From Clostridia bacterium (GTDB taxonomy: Bacteria > Bacillota > Clostridia > CAKSNL01 > HGM11501): a DNA stretch of 64,000 bases. Below the pieces are notes generated by a model, which was not told the origin of the DNA, ran no database searches, and was given only the letters and a program-made list of their open reading frames with translations. Both the position numbers and the translations under genes were made by a program. Every line of letters starts with the position of its first letter. Positions within the stretch are counted from its first letter, which is position 1. Positions 19,149 to 28,318 of this stretch are shown here, piece by piece. Where the stretch lies: NCBI GenBank assembly GCA_045545475.1, contig JAZQAZ010000031.1:25164-89163 (forward strand), given 5' to 3'.

Positions 19149-20375
19149 ATGAAATTTGCAAAAGAGGCACTTTTTCCTGAAAATCCGAAATGGGAAAATG
19201 CCGTAAAGAGGGAAAATTCAATATATAACAGAAGTGCCGATGTAAGAACGGAGTTCGGGCGTGACTACACAAGAATTATACACTCCATGGCATACCGCAG
19301 ATTGAAGCATAAAACTCAGGTGTTCTTTTCACCGAAAAGTGACCACATCTGCACAAGAATTGAGCATGTGGGACATGTGGAATCCGTCAGCTATACGATA
19401 GGAAGTCATCTCGGACTTAATACGGAACTGACCCGTGCTATATCCATGGGACACGATTTGGGACATGCACCCTTCGGCCATTCGGGAGAAGGGGTTCTTC
19501 ACAGAATTGCAGTAAATAATGAGGTAAAAGAAGGCTTCTGGCACGAACGAAACAGCCTTCACCTTGTGGATGATCTGGAGCTTCTGGAAGACGACAAGAG
19601 CCGACGTAAAAACATGAATCTTACTTATGCCGTAAGAGACGGAATAATTGCCCATTGCGGAGAGGTGGACGAGAATAATCTTTTTCCCAGGGATGAAGCT
19701 GTTGACCTTAAGACGTTCAAAAAAGCATCAGATTTTTCCCCATATACTTGGGAAGGCTGTGTTGTAAAGCTGGCAGATAAAATATCATATCTCGGAAGAG
19801 ACCTGGAGGATGCACTCATTCTTAAAATTTTAACCCGCGAGCAGTTAGCGGAGCTGGTTAAAATTTTGAAAGAAGACAAGCGTTTATCCGGTATGAGCAT
19901 TGAACATATAAATAACACTGTTTTAATAAGTGAGTTTATTTCCGATGTGTGCAAAAACAGCAATTTGGAAGACGGAATATGCTTGTCCGAGCAGCGTGTT
20001 CATTTAATGAAGCTTATAAAAGAGTTTAATTACCAGCACATTTACGGACACTATCGTCTTGCAGGCTATAAGGAGTTTGCCGAGGTTGCGTTAAATAAAA
20101 TTTTTGACACGCTCTACATGGCGTACAGCGGTGAAAAAACACCTGATGAGATAAAGAAGGCTTCCACATATTATCCTTTTATGAAAAGCTTTTTGCATTG
20201 GATAGAGCAATATTGGGAGCTTTCGGGAGACTTTGACGAATCAAAACTCAAAAACAAGAAAATTTACAATATTTCTGAAAATAAAGTGGATTATGCAAGA
20301 GCAATAATTGATTACATTTCGGGAATGAGCGACACCTATGCCGAGCAGGTTTACAGAACAATCATAAATTTCTGA
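19149..20375 (+). CDS. HD-domain dNTP triphosphohydrolase (dGTPase-like)
   Basis: RDYTRIIHS..RRLKHKTQVF, HDLGHAPFGHSGE, ADKISY, DYISGMSD. Confidence 0.88.
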   Translation: MKFAKEALFPENPKWENAVKRENSIYNRSADVRTEFGRDYTRIIHSMAYRRLKHKTQVFFSPKSDHICTRIEHVGHVESVSYTIGSHLGLNTELTRAISMGHDLGHAPFGHSGEGVLHRIAVNNEVKEGFWHERNSLHLVDDLELLEDDKSRRKNMNLTYAVRDGIIAHCGEVDENNLFPRDEAVDLKTFKKASDFSPYTWEGCVVKLADKISYLGRDLEDALILKILTREQLAELVKILKEDKRLSGMSIEHINNTVLISEFISDVCKNSNLEDGICLSEQRVHLMKLIKEFNYQHIYGHYRLAGYKEFAEVALNKIFDTLYMAYSGEKTPDEIKKASTYYPFMKSFLHWIEQYWELSGDFDESKLKNKKIYNISENKVDYARAIIDYISGMSDTYAEQVYRTIINF

Positions 20376-20382
20376 GGTACAT

Positions 20383-20958
20383 ATGCTTAAGATAGAAAGA
20401 ACAATTATAGTTGAAGGAAATTACGATAAAATAAAACTGGGAAACATTGTGGATGCTCATATTATTGCTACAAACGGTTTTAGGATTTTCCGTGATAAGG
20501 CAATGAAGGATATGATTTCGGCACTCTGTAAAAAAACAGGAATAATTATTTTAACCGATTCTGACAGGGCAGGCTTTGTGATAAGAAACCACATAAAAAG
20601 CTTCTGCCATGAAGGAGAGATTATAAACGTCTATATCCCTGACGTTAAAGGAAAGGAAAAGCGGAAGGCGGAACCGTCAAAGGAAGGACTTTTGGGCGTA
20701 GAGGGGATGGAAGATGAGGTTTTGTTAAAACTGCTCTCGGAGGCTGATGTAAAGCGTGAAAAAAAGAGCGAGGTTTCCTATTATGAATTTTATTCCGATG
20801 GTTTTGCCGGCGGTATGGGAAGTGCTTCCTTAAGGGAAAAATTCTTAAAAGAAGTAAACCTTCCGAAAAGGCTGTCAGCAAAGGAAATGCTTAATGTAAT
20901 AAACCGACTTTTAACTCCGGAGGAGTACAGAAAAATAAGAGAAAAAATAAAAGCTTGA
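20383..20958 (+). CDS. rnmV: Toprim-domain ribonuclease M5-like protein
   Basis: IIVEGNYD, ILTDSDRAGFVIR, LGVEG. Confidence 0.8.
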   Translation: MLKIERTIIVEGNYDKIKLGNIVDAHIIATNGFRIFRDKAMKDMISALCKKTGIIILTDSDRAGFVIRNHIKSFCHEGEIINVYIPDVKGKEKRKAEPSKEGLLGVEGMEDEVLLKLLSEADVKREKKSEVSYYEFYSDGFAGGMGSASLREKFLKEVNLPKRLSAKEMLNVINRLLTPEEYRKIREKIKA

Positions 20959-20984
20959 GTTTTCCTCTCAAGCTTTTATTTTTT
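20942..20984. terminator. Bidirectional terminator
   Basis: 18-bp perfect inverted repeat AAAAAATAAAAGCTTGAG / CTCAAGCTTTTATTTTTT. Confidence 0.85.
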
Positions 20985-23178
20985 AAACCAGTTTATCGCA
21001 AAGTGCGGAATATCTCTTTTTTTCCGAGTTGTTTCTTACCATTTCCTCGCAGGCTTCCATCATTCCCACAAGGACAACCAGGGTTTTGGCTCGGGTTACG
21101 GCTGTGTAGAATAAATTCCTTGTCATAAGCTGGGGTGCACATTTATAAACAGGCATTATGACGCACTCAAATTCGCTGCCCTGGCTTTTATGCACGGTTA
21201 CTGCATAGGCAAGAGTGATATGAGTCATCTGTTCATATGTATAGTGGGCTTCACGTCCATCATCAAATCGGATTTTAACTGCTTTGTTGAATTTGTTTAT
21301 GCTTTCGATTATTCCCATATCGCCGTTGAAGATGCCGCTTCCTTTTTCACTGTTTTTTGTCCACTCGATGTTATAATCGTTTTCCGTCTGCATAACTTTG
21401 TCGCCTTCACGGAAAATAATATCCGCCATTCTCAATTCGGCCTTGTTTTTATCGGGTGGATTAAGGGATTCCTGTAAAGATGAATTAAGGGCAAAGGTGC
21501 CGATTAAGGATTTTTTTATGGGTGTAACCACCTGAATATCGGTCATGGGATTAAAGTTATATTTTCTCGGCAGACGGTTTTTACAAAGGTCTGTTATAGT
21601 GTCGGTTATAGCCTGGGCATTTTGCCTCACCACAAGGAAAAAGTCATTATCGGATTTGTTGTAGGTTGGCATTTCTCCGTTATTGATTCTGTGGGCATTG
21701 GTTACTATCATGCTTTCCGCTGCCTGACGGTAGATGTAGGTAAGGTGAAGGGTTTCAACAGCCTCGCTTTGAATAATATCCTTAAGGACGCTGCCGGCAC
21801 CTACAGAGGGGAGCTGATCGGCATCGCCGAGAAGTATAAGTCCCGTGCCGGGAGCCAGAGCTTTGGTAAGGCTGTGCATTAAAAGCGTGTCCACCATGCT
21901 GACCTCGTCCACAATTAAAAAGTCAGTATCCAGCGGATTATTTTCATCGTGGGAAAAGTAGGGGACATCCCCCTTTGAATATTCAATTTCAAGGAGACGG
22001 TGCAGAGTTTTGGCTTCACAGAGGCAGGCGTCTGACATTCTTTTTGCCGCACGGCCCGTGGGGGCGGCAAGGCAATAACTTTGTCCTATTGCATTGAGGC
22101 AATGAATGATGGTTCTGATTATGGTTGTTTTACCTGTACCTGGACCGCCGGTAATTACGGTGACTCCGCCGAAGATGGCTTTTTTAACCGCATATTTTTG
22201 TTCTTCCGAAAGAATAATTCCGCTTTTTTTCTCCGAATTTCTTATATGGGCATCCAGGGATGAAAGCTCGTTTTCCAATGGATCTCTGCGAAGATGTGAA
22301 AGCTTTTTTGAAATTTCTCTTTCGGCATGATAATACATGGCAAGCTGAAAACATTTACCTTCATCGTAGGATTCGAAAGCATAAAGTTCCCTTTCACGAA
22401 GAAGAGCGGTGTATTGGTTCAGCACAAGCTCCTCATCTACGTTTAGTAATCCGGATGCATATTCCGTAAGCTGAGTTTCAGGAAGATATGTATGGCCGAG
22501 CGTTGCTGCAACGGTGGATAAAACGTGGCGTATACCGCTTTTTATTCTGTCGGGAGATGATGTTTCGCCCTGCATTGCCATAGCAATTTTGTCGGCTGCT
22601 TCAAAACCAATTCCGTGAACCTTGTCACAAAGTACATAAGGGTTTTGCTTTATCTCGTTTACGGCATTACTACCCAGTGTTGTGTGAGCACGCATTGCAA
22701 ATTCAACGCTTACACCATAGTTTTGCAAAAACATAATTGTGTTCTGAACAGTTCTTTTTTCTATATATGATGCTTGGATTGCAAAAGCTTTGTCCTTTGT
22801 TATGCCCTTAATCTTTGATAGCTTAACGGGGTCTGATTCTATGATTTTTAATGTGTCGCTTCCAAATTCATCAACGATTTTACGGGCGGTGGCTTCGCCC
22901 ACGCCCTTTATTATTCCGGAGGAAAGGTATAAAAGGATGGCACCTGCTTCCTTCGGCATAAGACGTTCAAACATGGTGACGGAAAACTGCTCTCCGTAGG
23001 AAGGATTGTTTACCCAAGAGCCGGTAAGACGAACCTGTTCGCCGCACGCAAGTGAAGGCATACAGCCTACGGCACAGATTAAAGCGTTGTCGCTGGAAAT
23101 GTCGCAGACGGTATACCCGTTGTTCTGATTTTGATATGTTATGTGTTCAACTGTTCCTTCAAGTATCTCTGTCGACAA
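20983..23178 (-). CDS. recD2: ATP-dependent RecD-like DNA helicase
   Basis: HhH N-terminal region, TGGPGTGKTT, APTGRAAKR, DEVSM, GDADQLPSVG, YAVTVHKSQGSE, YTAVTRAK. Confidence 0.95.
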   Translation of the reverse strand: MSTEILEGTVEHITYQNQNNGYTVCDISSDNALICAVGCMPSLACGEQVRLTGSWVNNPSYGEQFSVTMFERLMPKEAGAILLYLSSGIIKGVGEATARKIVDEFGSDTLKIIESDPVKLSKIKGITKDKAFAIQASYIEKRTVQNTIMFLQNYGVSVEFAMRAHTTLGSNAVNEIKQNPYVLCDKVHGIGFEAADKIAMAMQGETSSPDRIKSGIRHVLSTVAATLGHTYLPETQLTEYASGLLNVDEELVLNQYTALLRERELYAFESYDEGKCFQLAMYYHAEREISKKLSHLRRDPLENELSSLDAHIRNSEKKSGIILSEEQKYAVKKAIFGGVTVITGGPGTGKTTIIRTIIHCLNAIGQSYCLAAPTGRAAKRMSDACLCEAKTLHRLLEIEYSKGDVPYFSHDENNPLDTDFLIVDEVSMVDTLLMHSLTKALAPGTGLILLGDADQLPSVGAGSVLKDIIQSEAVETLHLTYIYRQAAESMIVTNAHRINNGEMPTYNKSDNDFFLVVRQNAQAITDTITDLCKNRLPRKYNFNPMTDIQVVTPIKKSLIGTFALNSSLQESLNPPDKNKAELRMADIIFREGDKVMQTENDYNIEWTKNSEKGSGIFNGDMGIIESINKFNKAVKIRFDDGREAHYTYEQMTHITLAYAVTVHKSQGSEFECVIMPVYKCAPQLMTRNLFYTAVTRAKTLVVLVGMMEACEEMVRNNSEKKRYSALCDKLV

Positions 23179-23428
23179 CTGTAAGTACCTCCCTTATAAG
23201 ATAGTGTTTTTCAAGATATTTAAAATATTTTTCATCGTATGTGTTGGTAACAATATAAACCGAATTGGATTTTGCATTTTCCGATGCAGCTAAAAGATGT
23301 GCAATGTTTTCTGGCGAAAGAGCAGTTATTATAATGCTACACTTTGGCTTTTCACGTATTGCCCAAAGTAGGACAAACATTGATAAAAATACAAAAACTG
23401 AAATTAACGAAATGATAACAGGAAACAT
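23159..23428 (-). CDS. Small hypothetical protein with N-terminal TM helix
   Basis: AAGGAGG RBS; hydrophobic first 25 aa; overlaps recD2 start. Confidence 0.6.
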   Translation of the reverse strand: MFPVIISLISVFVFLSMFVLLWAIREKPKCSIIITALSPENIAHLLAASENAKSNSVYIVTNTYDEKYFKYLEKHYLIREVLTVVDRDT

Positions 23429-23473
23429 AAAATCCTCCTTTTTACCATGGTATGAAAAAAGAGGATTTTGGTG

Positions 23474-23974
23474 TTAAAATAAGGAGAATAAAAACTTTAC
23501 TGCCTGAGAACCCAAAGTCATGATAATTCCGGCACTTACGACACCTGCTGCTATTGCAGGGAAGCTATGCTTTATTCTCATATCAAGGAAGGAGGCCACC
23601 AGTGCCCCTGTCCATGCCCCTGTTCCGGGGAGAGGAATTGCGACGAATATGAAAAGCCCTAATTTTTCATATTTCGTGATTTTATCCTTGTTTTTCTCAA
23701 CCTTTTCTTCAAGCTTGTTTGCAAGAGGGGAGAATAAACGGGTTTTCTTAAGCCATCTTACAATCGGTCTTGCGAAAAGAATGATAAAAGGAACTGGAAC
23801 AAGGTTTCCGATTATGGAAACAACTAAAATCCACAGTGTATCAAGACCGAGAGCTGTGCCTACAGGAACAGCTCCGCGAAGCTCCACAATGGGAATCATG
23901 GAAATCAAAAATGTCATTATGTATTTCATGCCTTCGGAAAGGTTTGTAAATTGTTCTATGAAAAATTCTGTCAA
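23474..23974 (-). CDS. Small multi-drug export family membrane protein (COG2426)
   Basis: SMIPIVELRGAVP, GNLVPVPFI, FVAIPLPGTGAWTG; TTG start at 23974 after AAGGAG. Confidence 0.85.
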   Translation of the reverse strand: MTEFFIEQFTNLSEGMKYIMTFLISMIPIVELRGAVPVGTALGLDTLWILVVSIIGNLVPVPFIILFARPIVRWLKKTRLFSPLANKLEEKVEKNKDKITKYEKLGLFIFVAIPLPGTGAWTGALVASFLDMRIKHSFPAIAAGVVSAGIIMTLGSQAVKFLFSLF

Positions 23975-24129
23975 CTTTGGACACTCCTTTTTGACTATTA
24001 TATTAATCATACCTTAAATAAAGAATAATGTCAACGAAAATTTTATTTATAAAATTTATTTAATATACTTGATTTTTTATTTGAAATAGTGTATTATTAA
24101 TTAGTTAGTATATAAAAGGAGTGAAGAAC

Positions 24130-24867
24130 ATGTCAGGCCATTCCAAATGGAATAACATTAAAAGAAAAAAAGAAAAGACAGACGGCGAGAGAGCGAAGAT
24201 TTTCACAAAGCTCGGTCGTGAAATTGCCGTAATCGTTAAGATGGGCGGTCCAGACCCTAACGCAAATGCAAGACTTAAGGATATTATTGCGAAAGCAAAG
24301 TCCAACAATATGCCCAATGACAATATTCAGCGTTGTATTAAGAAGGCAGCAGGCGAGGGCGAAGCAGATAATTACGAGGATATCACATATGAAGGCTACG
24401 GACCCAACGGTATTGCGGTAATGGTAAAGGCACTTACCGATAACCGTAACCGTACGGCAGCCAATATGCGTCACTATTTCGATAAGTATGGCGGAAATTT
24501 AGGTACAAACGGCTGTGCTTCCATTATGTTTGAGAGAAAGGGCATAATCCTTGTTGAAAAAGAAAATGTTGCAGACGAGGACGAGCTTACAATGACAGCA
24601 CTTGAATCAGGTGCACTTGATATTTCAGATAATGAAGATTGCTTTGAAATTATAACAGAGCCTGCCGACGTATGGAACGTATCAGAGGCACTTACAAATG
24701 CAGGTGTTACAGTTTCGGATACCGAAGATACCTATGCTCCCATAACAACTGTTGAGCTTACAGATCCCGACCAGATTAAGAATATGACAAAGCTGGTTGA
24801 GATGCTGGAAGATGATGACGATGTTCAGGACGTTTACCATAACTGGGACGAGCCCGACGAAGAGTAA
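24130..24867 (+). CDS. yebC: YebC/PmpR family protein
   Basis: MSGHSKWNNIK, YEGYGP, TDNRNRT, DDVQDVYHN. Confidence 0.95.
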   Translation: MSGHSKWNNIKRKKEKTDGERAKIFTKLGREIAVIVKMGGPDPNANARLKDIIAKAKSNNMPNDNIQRCIKKAAGEGEADNYEDITYEGYGPNGIAVMVKALTDNRNRTAANMRHYFDKYGGNLGTNGCASIMFERKGIILVEKENVADEDELTMTALESGALDISDNEDCFEIITEPADVWNVSEALTNAGVTVSDTEDTYAPITTVELTDPDQIKNMTKLVEMLEDDDDVQDVYHNWDEPDEE

Positions 24868-24875
24868 TTAAAATG

Positions 24876-24908
24876 AAAATGCTTCAGGCAAAGCCTGAAG
24901 CATTTTTT
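24876..24908. repeat. 33-bp palindromic element, copy 1 (bidirectional terminator)
   Basis: AAAATGCTTCAGGC-AAA-GCCTGAAGCATTTTTT, identical to 28286-28318. Confidence 0.9.
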
Positions 24909-26800
24909 TAGTCTTCTTCTTCGTATTCTATACGGAAAGTTTTTACTATGGATTCAAATTCCTTTTCAATCTGCTCTGTATGTGAAAGTTCATCCGTTGC
25001 GGTGAAAATTATAAATGTAACGCCGTCCTTGTGTACGGTATAGCCTGTTGTATACAGAGTAGAATCATCGGATTCTGTTACATAGGAATAAGTGAAGTAT
25101 TTGTTTCCGTTGAATTTTATGCTCTTAACATTTTCTGTAATTGTAACGCCTTCTTCTGCGGAAAGTTCACGTACAGCTTTTCTTGTAAGTGATTCAAGCT
25201 GACTGTCGGTAAGTCTGCCGTCTCCTGTGCTGCCAACTATTGAAATTATTGCATCGCAGTATGCATGAGAGTAAATTGCACCTGAGATTGAAGGACTGAT
25301 TACAGCATTCCAGATAGCGGGGATCTGCATGGACCAGTAGGAGTTTTTAACGGGGATGATGATGCCGGGGTCATTCTCATTTCTTAAAAGAGTACCGGTT
25401 GCATTTGCATCAAGTTCTTCGGCTTTGAGTGTGGCAAGGATTGCATCCACATCAAGCACTGCATCTTCGTCACGGTAGAAGCAGAAGTTGTATACATATT
25501 CGCCTTTGTCAAAGAATACATCTGTGGTTAAAGAATTATCGCTTTTTGTTCCTTTGATTTCGTGTGTATAAATGTAGCATACGGTTCCGTTAATTTCTTT
25601 TTCGCTTACCGAAGAAACTGTTGAAAATTCCTTGTTGTAATATTTGGCTCTTGTTTCGCAGTCATTTTCTGCAAGCGTTTTAGCGTTTGCCTTGTCTGTT
25701 TTGGAGCTTATGAAAAGATTTACATATGAGTAGGGGTCATCATCTGTTTTAGTTAAAGCGTAGAAGAAACGTTCGTTTACGGAGCTTTCTTCCACAGAAT
25801 AGTTGGCGGGAAGGCTTAAGCTGAACTTTAAGTCCTCGTCTGTATACTTTCTCATGCCGTCTTTAACTTCTGATAAATCATATACAGCATCGGTAAGTTC
25901 TTCGGCCTTGAAGGAATCAAGAATTGAAAGGATGCTTTCCTTTGCTGTTGCGTCGTTTCCGGTAACCTCAGTGAAAAAGCTGTAAACAAAATCTTCGGTA
26001 CTGTATCTTCTTGCATCTATAAAGCTTTCGGAGTCCTTAACCTGTATGATGTAATAGGTGTTACCGTTTTCGTCTTTAAGAAGATCTGCACGAACTAAAG
26101 CACCCATGCTTGAAGCACTGCTCTTTATATCGATGAAATCGCTTTCAATAGAAAAGTCTTCCGGATTGTCATATATATCAAGTTCAACCTCAGTGGTGTC
26201 GCCTGAGAATACAAGTTCTCTTCCGTCAAAGCTCTTATAAGAGAGAGTGAGGTTTTTGGGAGTATTCATTGTCCAGCCGTAATATGAATCGCCGATTTTT
26301 TCTTTCTGTGTAAGTACAGAAACAGTTGTTCCGAAATCATCGGCACTCTTGGTTACGGTAATGGCTCCTTCGTTGTAGCCTACCTCGGCACCAAAGGTTT
26401 CGGAGATAAAGCGGAGGGGAACCATGGTAACGCCTGATGCTGAAAGAGTGGGAGCTACCGGTAATTCTTCTGTGTGGTCATTAACCTTTGCGATGCGGTT
26501 ATCTATCTGAAGAATAATGGTTACGTCGGGATAATTTAAGGTTATGGTTTTTGTTTCGCCTTCCCATAAAACCTCGGCTCCGAAAGCCTCGGTTATAACC
26601 CTTAAAGGTACAAGTGTTGTACCTTCTCCTGCGATATAAGGAGTTTCGACAGTAACTTCTTTTCCGTTGATTAAAAGAGTGGAATCTCCAACTTTAAAGG
26701 AAATCTCAATCTTTGAAGTATCTTTTTCTTCCTCGGCAAAAGAGGCGATGAGAGAAAAGGACATGGCGAGACATAAGAGTAAAGCAAGTATCTTTTTCAT
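24908..26800 (-). CDS. Secreted protein with copper amine oxidase N-terminal (stalk) domain and PsbP-like C-terminal domains
   Basis: Signal peptide; TLVPLRVITEAFGAEVLW and TMVPLRFISETFGAEV repeats; GWTMNTP / FSLSLPANY / WSMQIPAIW starts of three PsbP-like units. Confidence 0.7.
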   Translation of the reverse strand: MKKILALLLCLAMSFSLIASFAEEEKDTSKIEISFKVGDSTLLINGKEVTVETPYIAGEGTTLVPLRVITEAFGAEVLWEGETKTITLNYPDVTIILQIDNRIAKVNDHTEELPVAPTLSASGVTMVPLRFISETFGAEVGYNEGAITVTKSADDFGTTVSVLTQKEKIGDSYYGWTMNTPKNLTLSYKSFDGRELVFSGDTTEVELDIYDNPEDFSIESDFIDIKSSASSMGALVRADLLKDENGNTYYIIQVKDSESFIDARRYSTEDFVYSFFTEVTGNDATAKESILSILDSFKAEELTDAVYDLSEVKDGMRKYTDEDLKFSLSLPANYSVEESSVNERFFYALTKTDDDPYSYVNLFISSKTDKANAKTLAENDCETRAKYYNKEFSTVSSVSEKEINGTVCYIYTHEIKGTKSDNSLTTDVFFDKGEYVYNFCFYRDEDAVLDVDAILATLKAEELDANATGTLLRNENDPGIIIPVKNSYWSMQIPAIWNAVISPSISGAIYSHAYCDAIISIVGSTGDGRLTDSQLESLTRKAVRELSAEEGVTITENVKSIKFNGNKYFTYSYVTESDDSTLYTTGYTVHKDGVTFIIFTATDELSHTEQIEKEFESIVKTFRIEYEEED

Positions 26801-26815
26801 TTTATTTTTCCTTTC

Positions 26816-27916
26816 TTATTTTAATATATAAGGAACGGTTACGCTGAAAGTTTCACCGTTTCTTTTAATGGTTAAAACGATGTTTCCGTCTTTGGCTGTA
26901 TCACGGAGTGCTGTGTTATAGTCAGTGATACTGTGAACGGATACGCCGTTTACGGAAATTAATTCATCACCCTTTACGATCGATGCGTTGGAGGATGAAA
27001 CAACGGTTATGCCTTTGGATGTGGGAAGACCTACACTTGCTTCCCATGAATTTTCAAGAGAAATTCCTATATCGGGGCGAAGAACCCTGCCGTTTTGCTC
27101 AAACTGAGAAAGTACGAAATTTATGGTATCCAGCGGAATTGAGAAGGCGAGTCCTTCTATACCGAGTCCCACAAATTTTGAAGAATTGATACCCACAAGC
27201 TTTCCTTCCGAGTTAATTAAAGGACCGCCTGAATTACCGCCGTTTATTGCTGCATCGGTCTGAAGAAGAGGATAATATGAATCTGTAGCAGCAACATTAA
27301 CAGCACTTACTATTCCTTTTGTAACAGTGTTTCTCATGGAAAGAGAAAGGGGAGTGCCTATGGCATAAACTGTCATTCCCGGAATAACAGTAGACGCATC
27401 ACCGAAGCTTAAAGGCTTTAAGCCAAGTTTGTTTATTTTTACAACAGCAAGGTCTGCAATGGCATCTATGTACTGTACTTTGGCGGCGTAGTTACTTCCG
27501 TCGTGAAGAATTACGGTAAGATTTTCCATATCCTCAACAACATGGGCATTGGTTAAAATGATTCCGGCAGACTTTATAACAACGCCTGTTCCGTGGGACA
27601 TAAGGCCGAAATGGTTTTTGGCATTTCCGGTAATTGCAACAACGCTTTTACTTGCTTCGTTAATAGCGTCGGTAACGGTACTTTCGCTGTCGGCAGAATT
27701 TACAATGGCACTTTTAGTGTCGCCGTCCCAGGCAACTTCGGCCCCCATGGACTCCGATACTGCACGAAGAGGTACATATGTTACTCCGTCAATCAGGAGG
27801 GCGGGTGTGTCAAGCTTTTGGCCGTCCACAATTACCGAAACGGCATCGTTTGCCGTAACTGTTATGAATGAAACTAATAGTATAGAAATCAGCAGTATGT
27901 AAAGTGACTTTTTCAT
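26816..27916 (-). CDS. htrA: HtrA/DegP-type serine protease with stalk domain and PDZ
   Basis: TYVPLRAVSESMGAEVAWD; catalytic TNAHV, DLAV, GNSGGPL; C-terminal PDZ-like GDELISVNG. Confidence 0.85.
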   Translation of the reverse strand: MKKSLYILLISILLVSFITVTANDAVSVIVDGQKLDTPALLIDGVTYVPLRAVSESMGAEVAWDGDTKSAIVNSADSESTVTDAINEASKSVVAITGNAKNHFGLMSHGTGVVIKSAGIILTNAHVVEDMENLTVILHDGSNYAAKVQYIDAIADLAVVKINKLGLKPLSFGDASTVIPGMTVYAIGTPLSLSMRNTVTKGIVSAVNVAATDSYYPLLQTDAAINGGNSGGPLINSEGKLVGINSSKFVGLGIEGLAFSIPLDTINFVLSQFEQNGRVLRPDIGISLENSWEASVGLPTSKGITVVSSSNASIVKGDELISVNGVSVHSITDYNTALRDTAKDGNIVLTIKRNGETFSVTVPYILK

Positions 27917-27945
27917 AAAAAACTCCTTAATATTATAATAAACTT

Positions 27946-27974
27946 ATTATATCACATATTCAAAGTGCCGTCAA
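27946..27974 (-). promoter_or_regulatory. Extended sigmaA promoter of the htrA operon
   Basis: TTGACG-17 bp-TATAAT with TGn on the minus strand. Confidence 0.7.
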
Positions 27975-28102
27975 TAAATATATGTTTACATACTAACACA
28001 ATTTTAGCGGAAAGTCAAGCCCTGACGAATATAAAATGAATATAAATATAATATACATTAATGGATATAAAAATATTATAATTATATCAAGAGGTGATGT
28101 TA

Positions 28103-28285
28103 ATGTCTAAGGGGAGTATAAAGATAAATAAAAAAGGCGATGACGGATATAAAGTAATCTCTGTACGGATAAAAGAGGGGACACTTAAAAAGATAGATGA
28201 TTTGTCTACAGAAAGCAACCGTTCAAGGAATGAGCTTATAAATATTTTGCTGGAAAGCTCCGTTGATGATGTGGAAATAAATTGA
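28103..28285 (+). CDS. Ribbon-helix-helix (CopG-type) DNA-binding protein
   Basis: KVISVRI ribbon, SNRSRNELINILL helix; GAGGTG RBS. Confidence 0.8.
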   Translation: MSKGSIKINKKGDDGYKVISVRIKEGTLKKIDDLSTESNRSRNELINILLESSVDDVEIN

Positions 28286-28318
28286 AAAATGCTTCAGGCA
28301 AAGCCTGAAGCATTTTTT
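28286..28318. repeat. 33-bp palindromic element, copy 2 (bidirectional terminator)
   Basis: Identical to 24876-24908 and in the same orientation. Confidence 0.9.

Noticed and set aside
19149-20375. dGTPase as an anti-phage defence gene
   Set aside because: Embedded in a housekeeping run (manA, HAD, RNase M5); typical Firmicutes dNTPase
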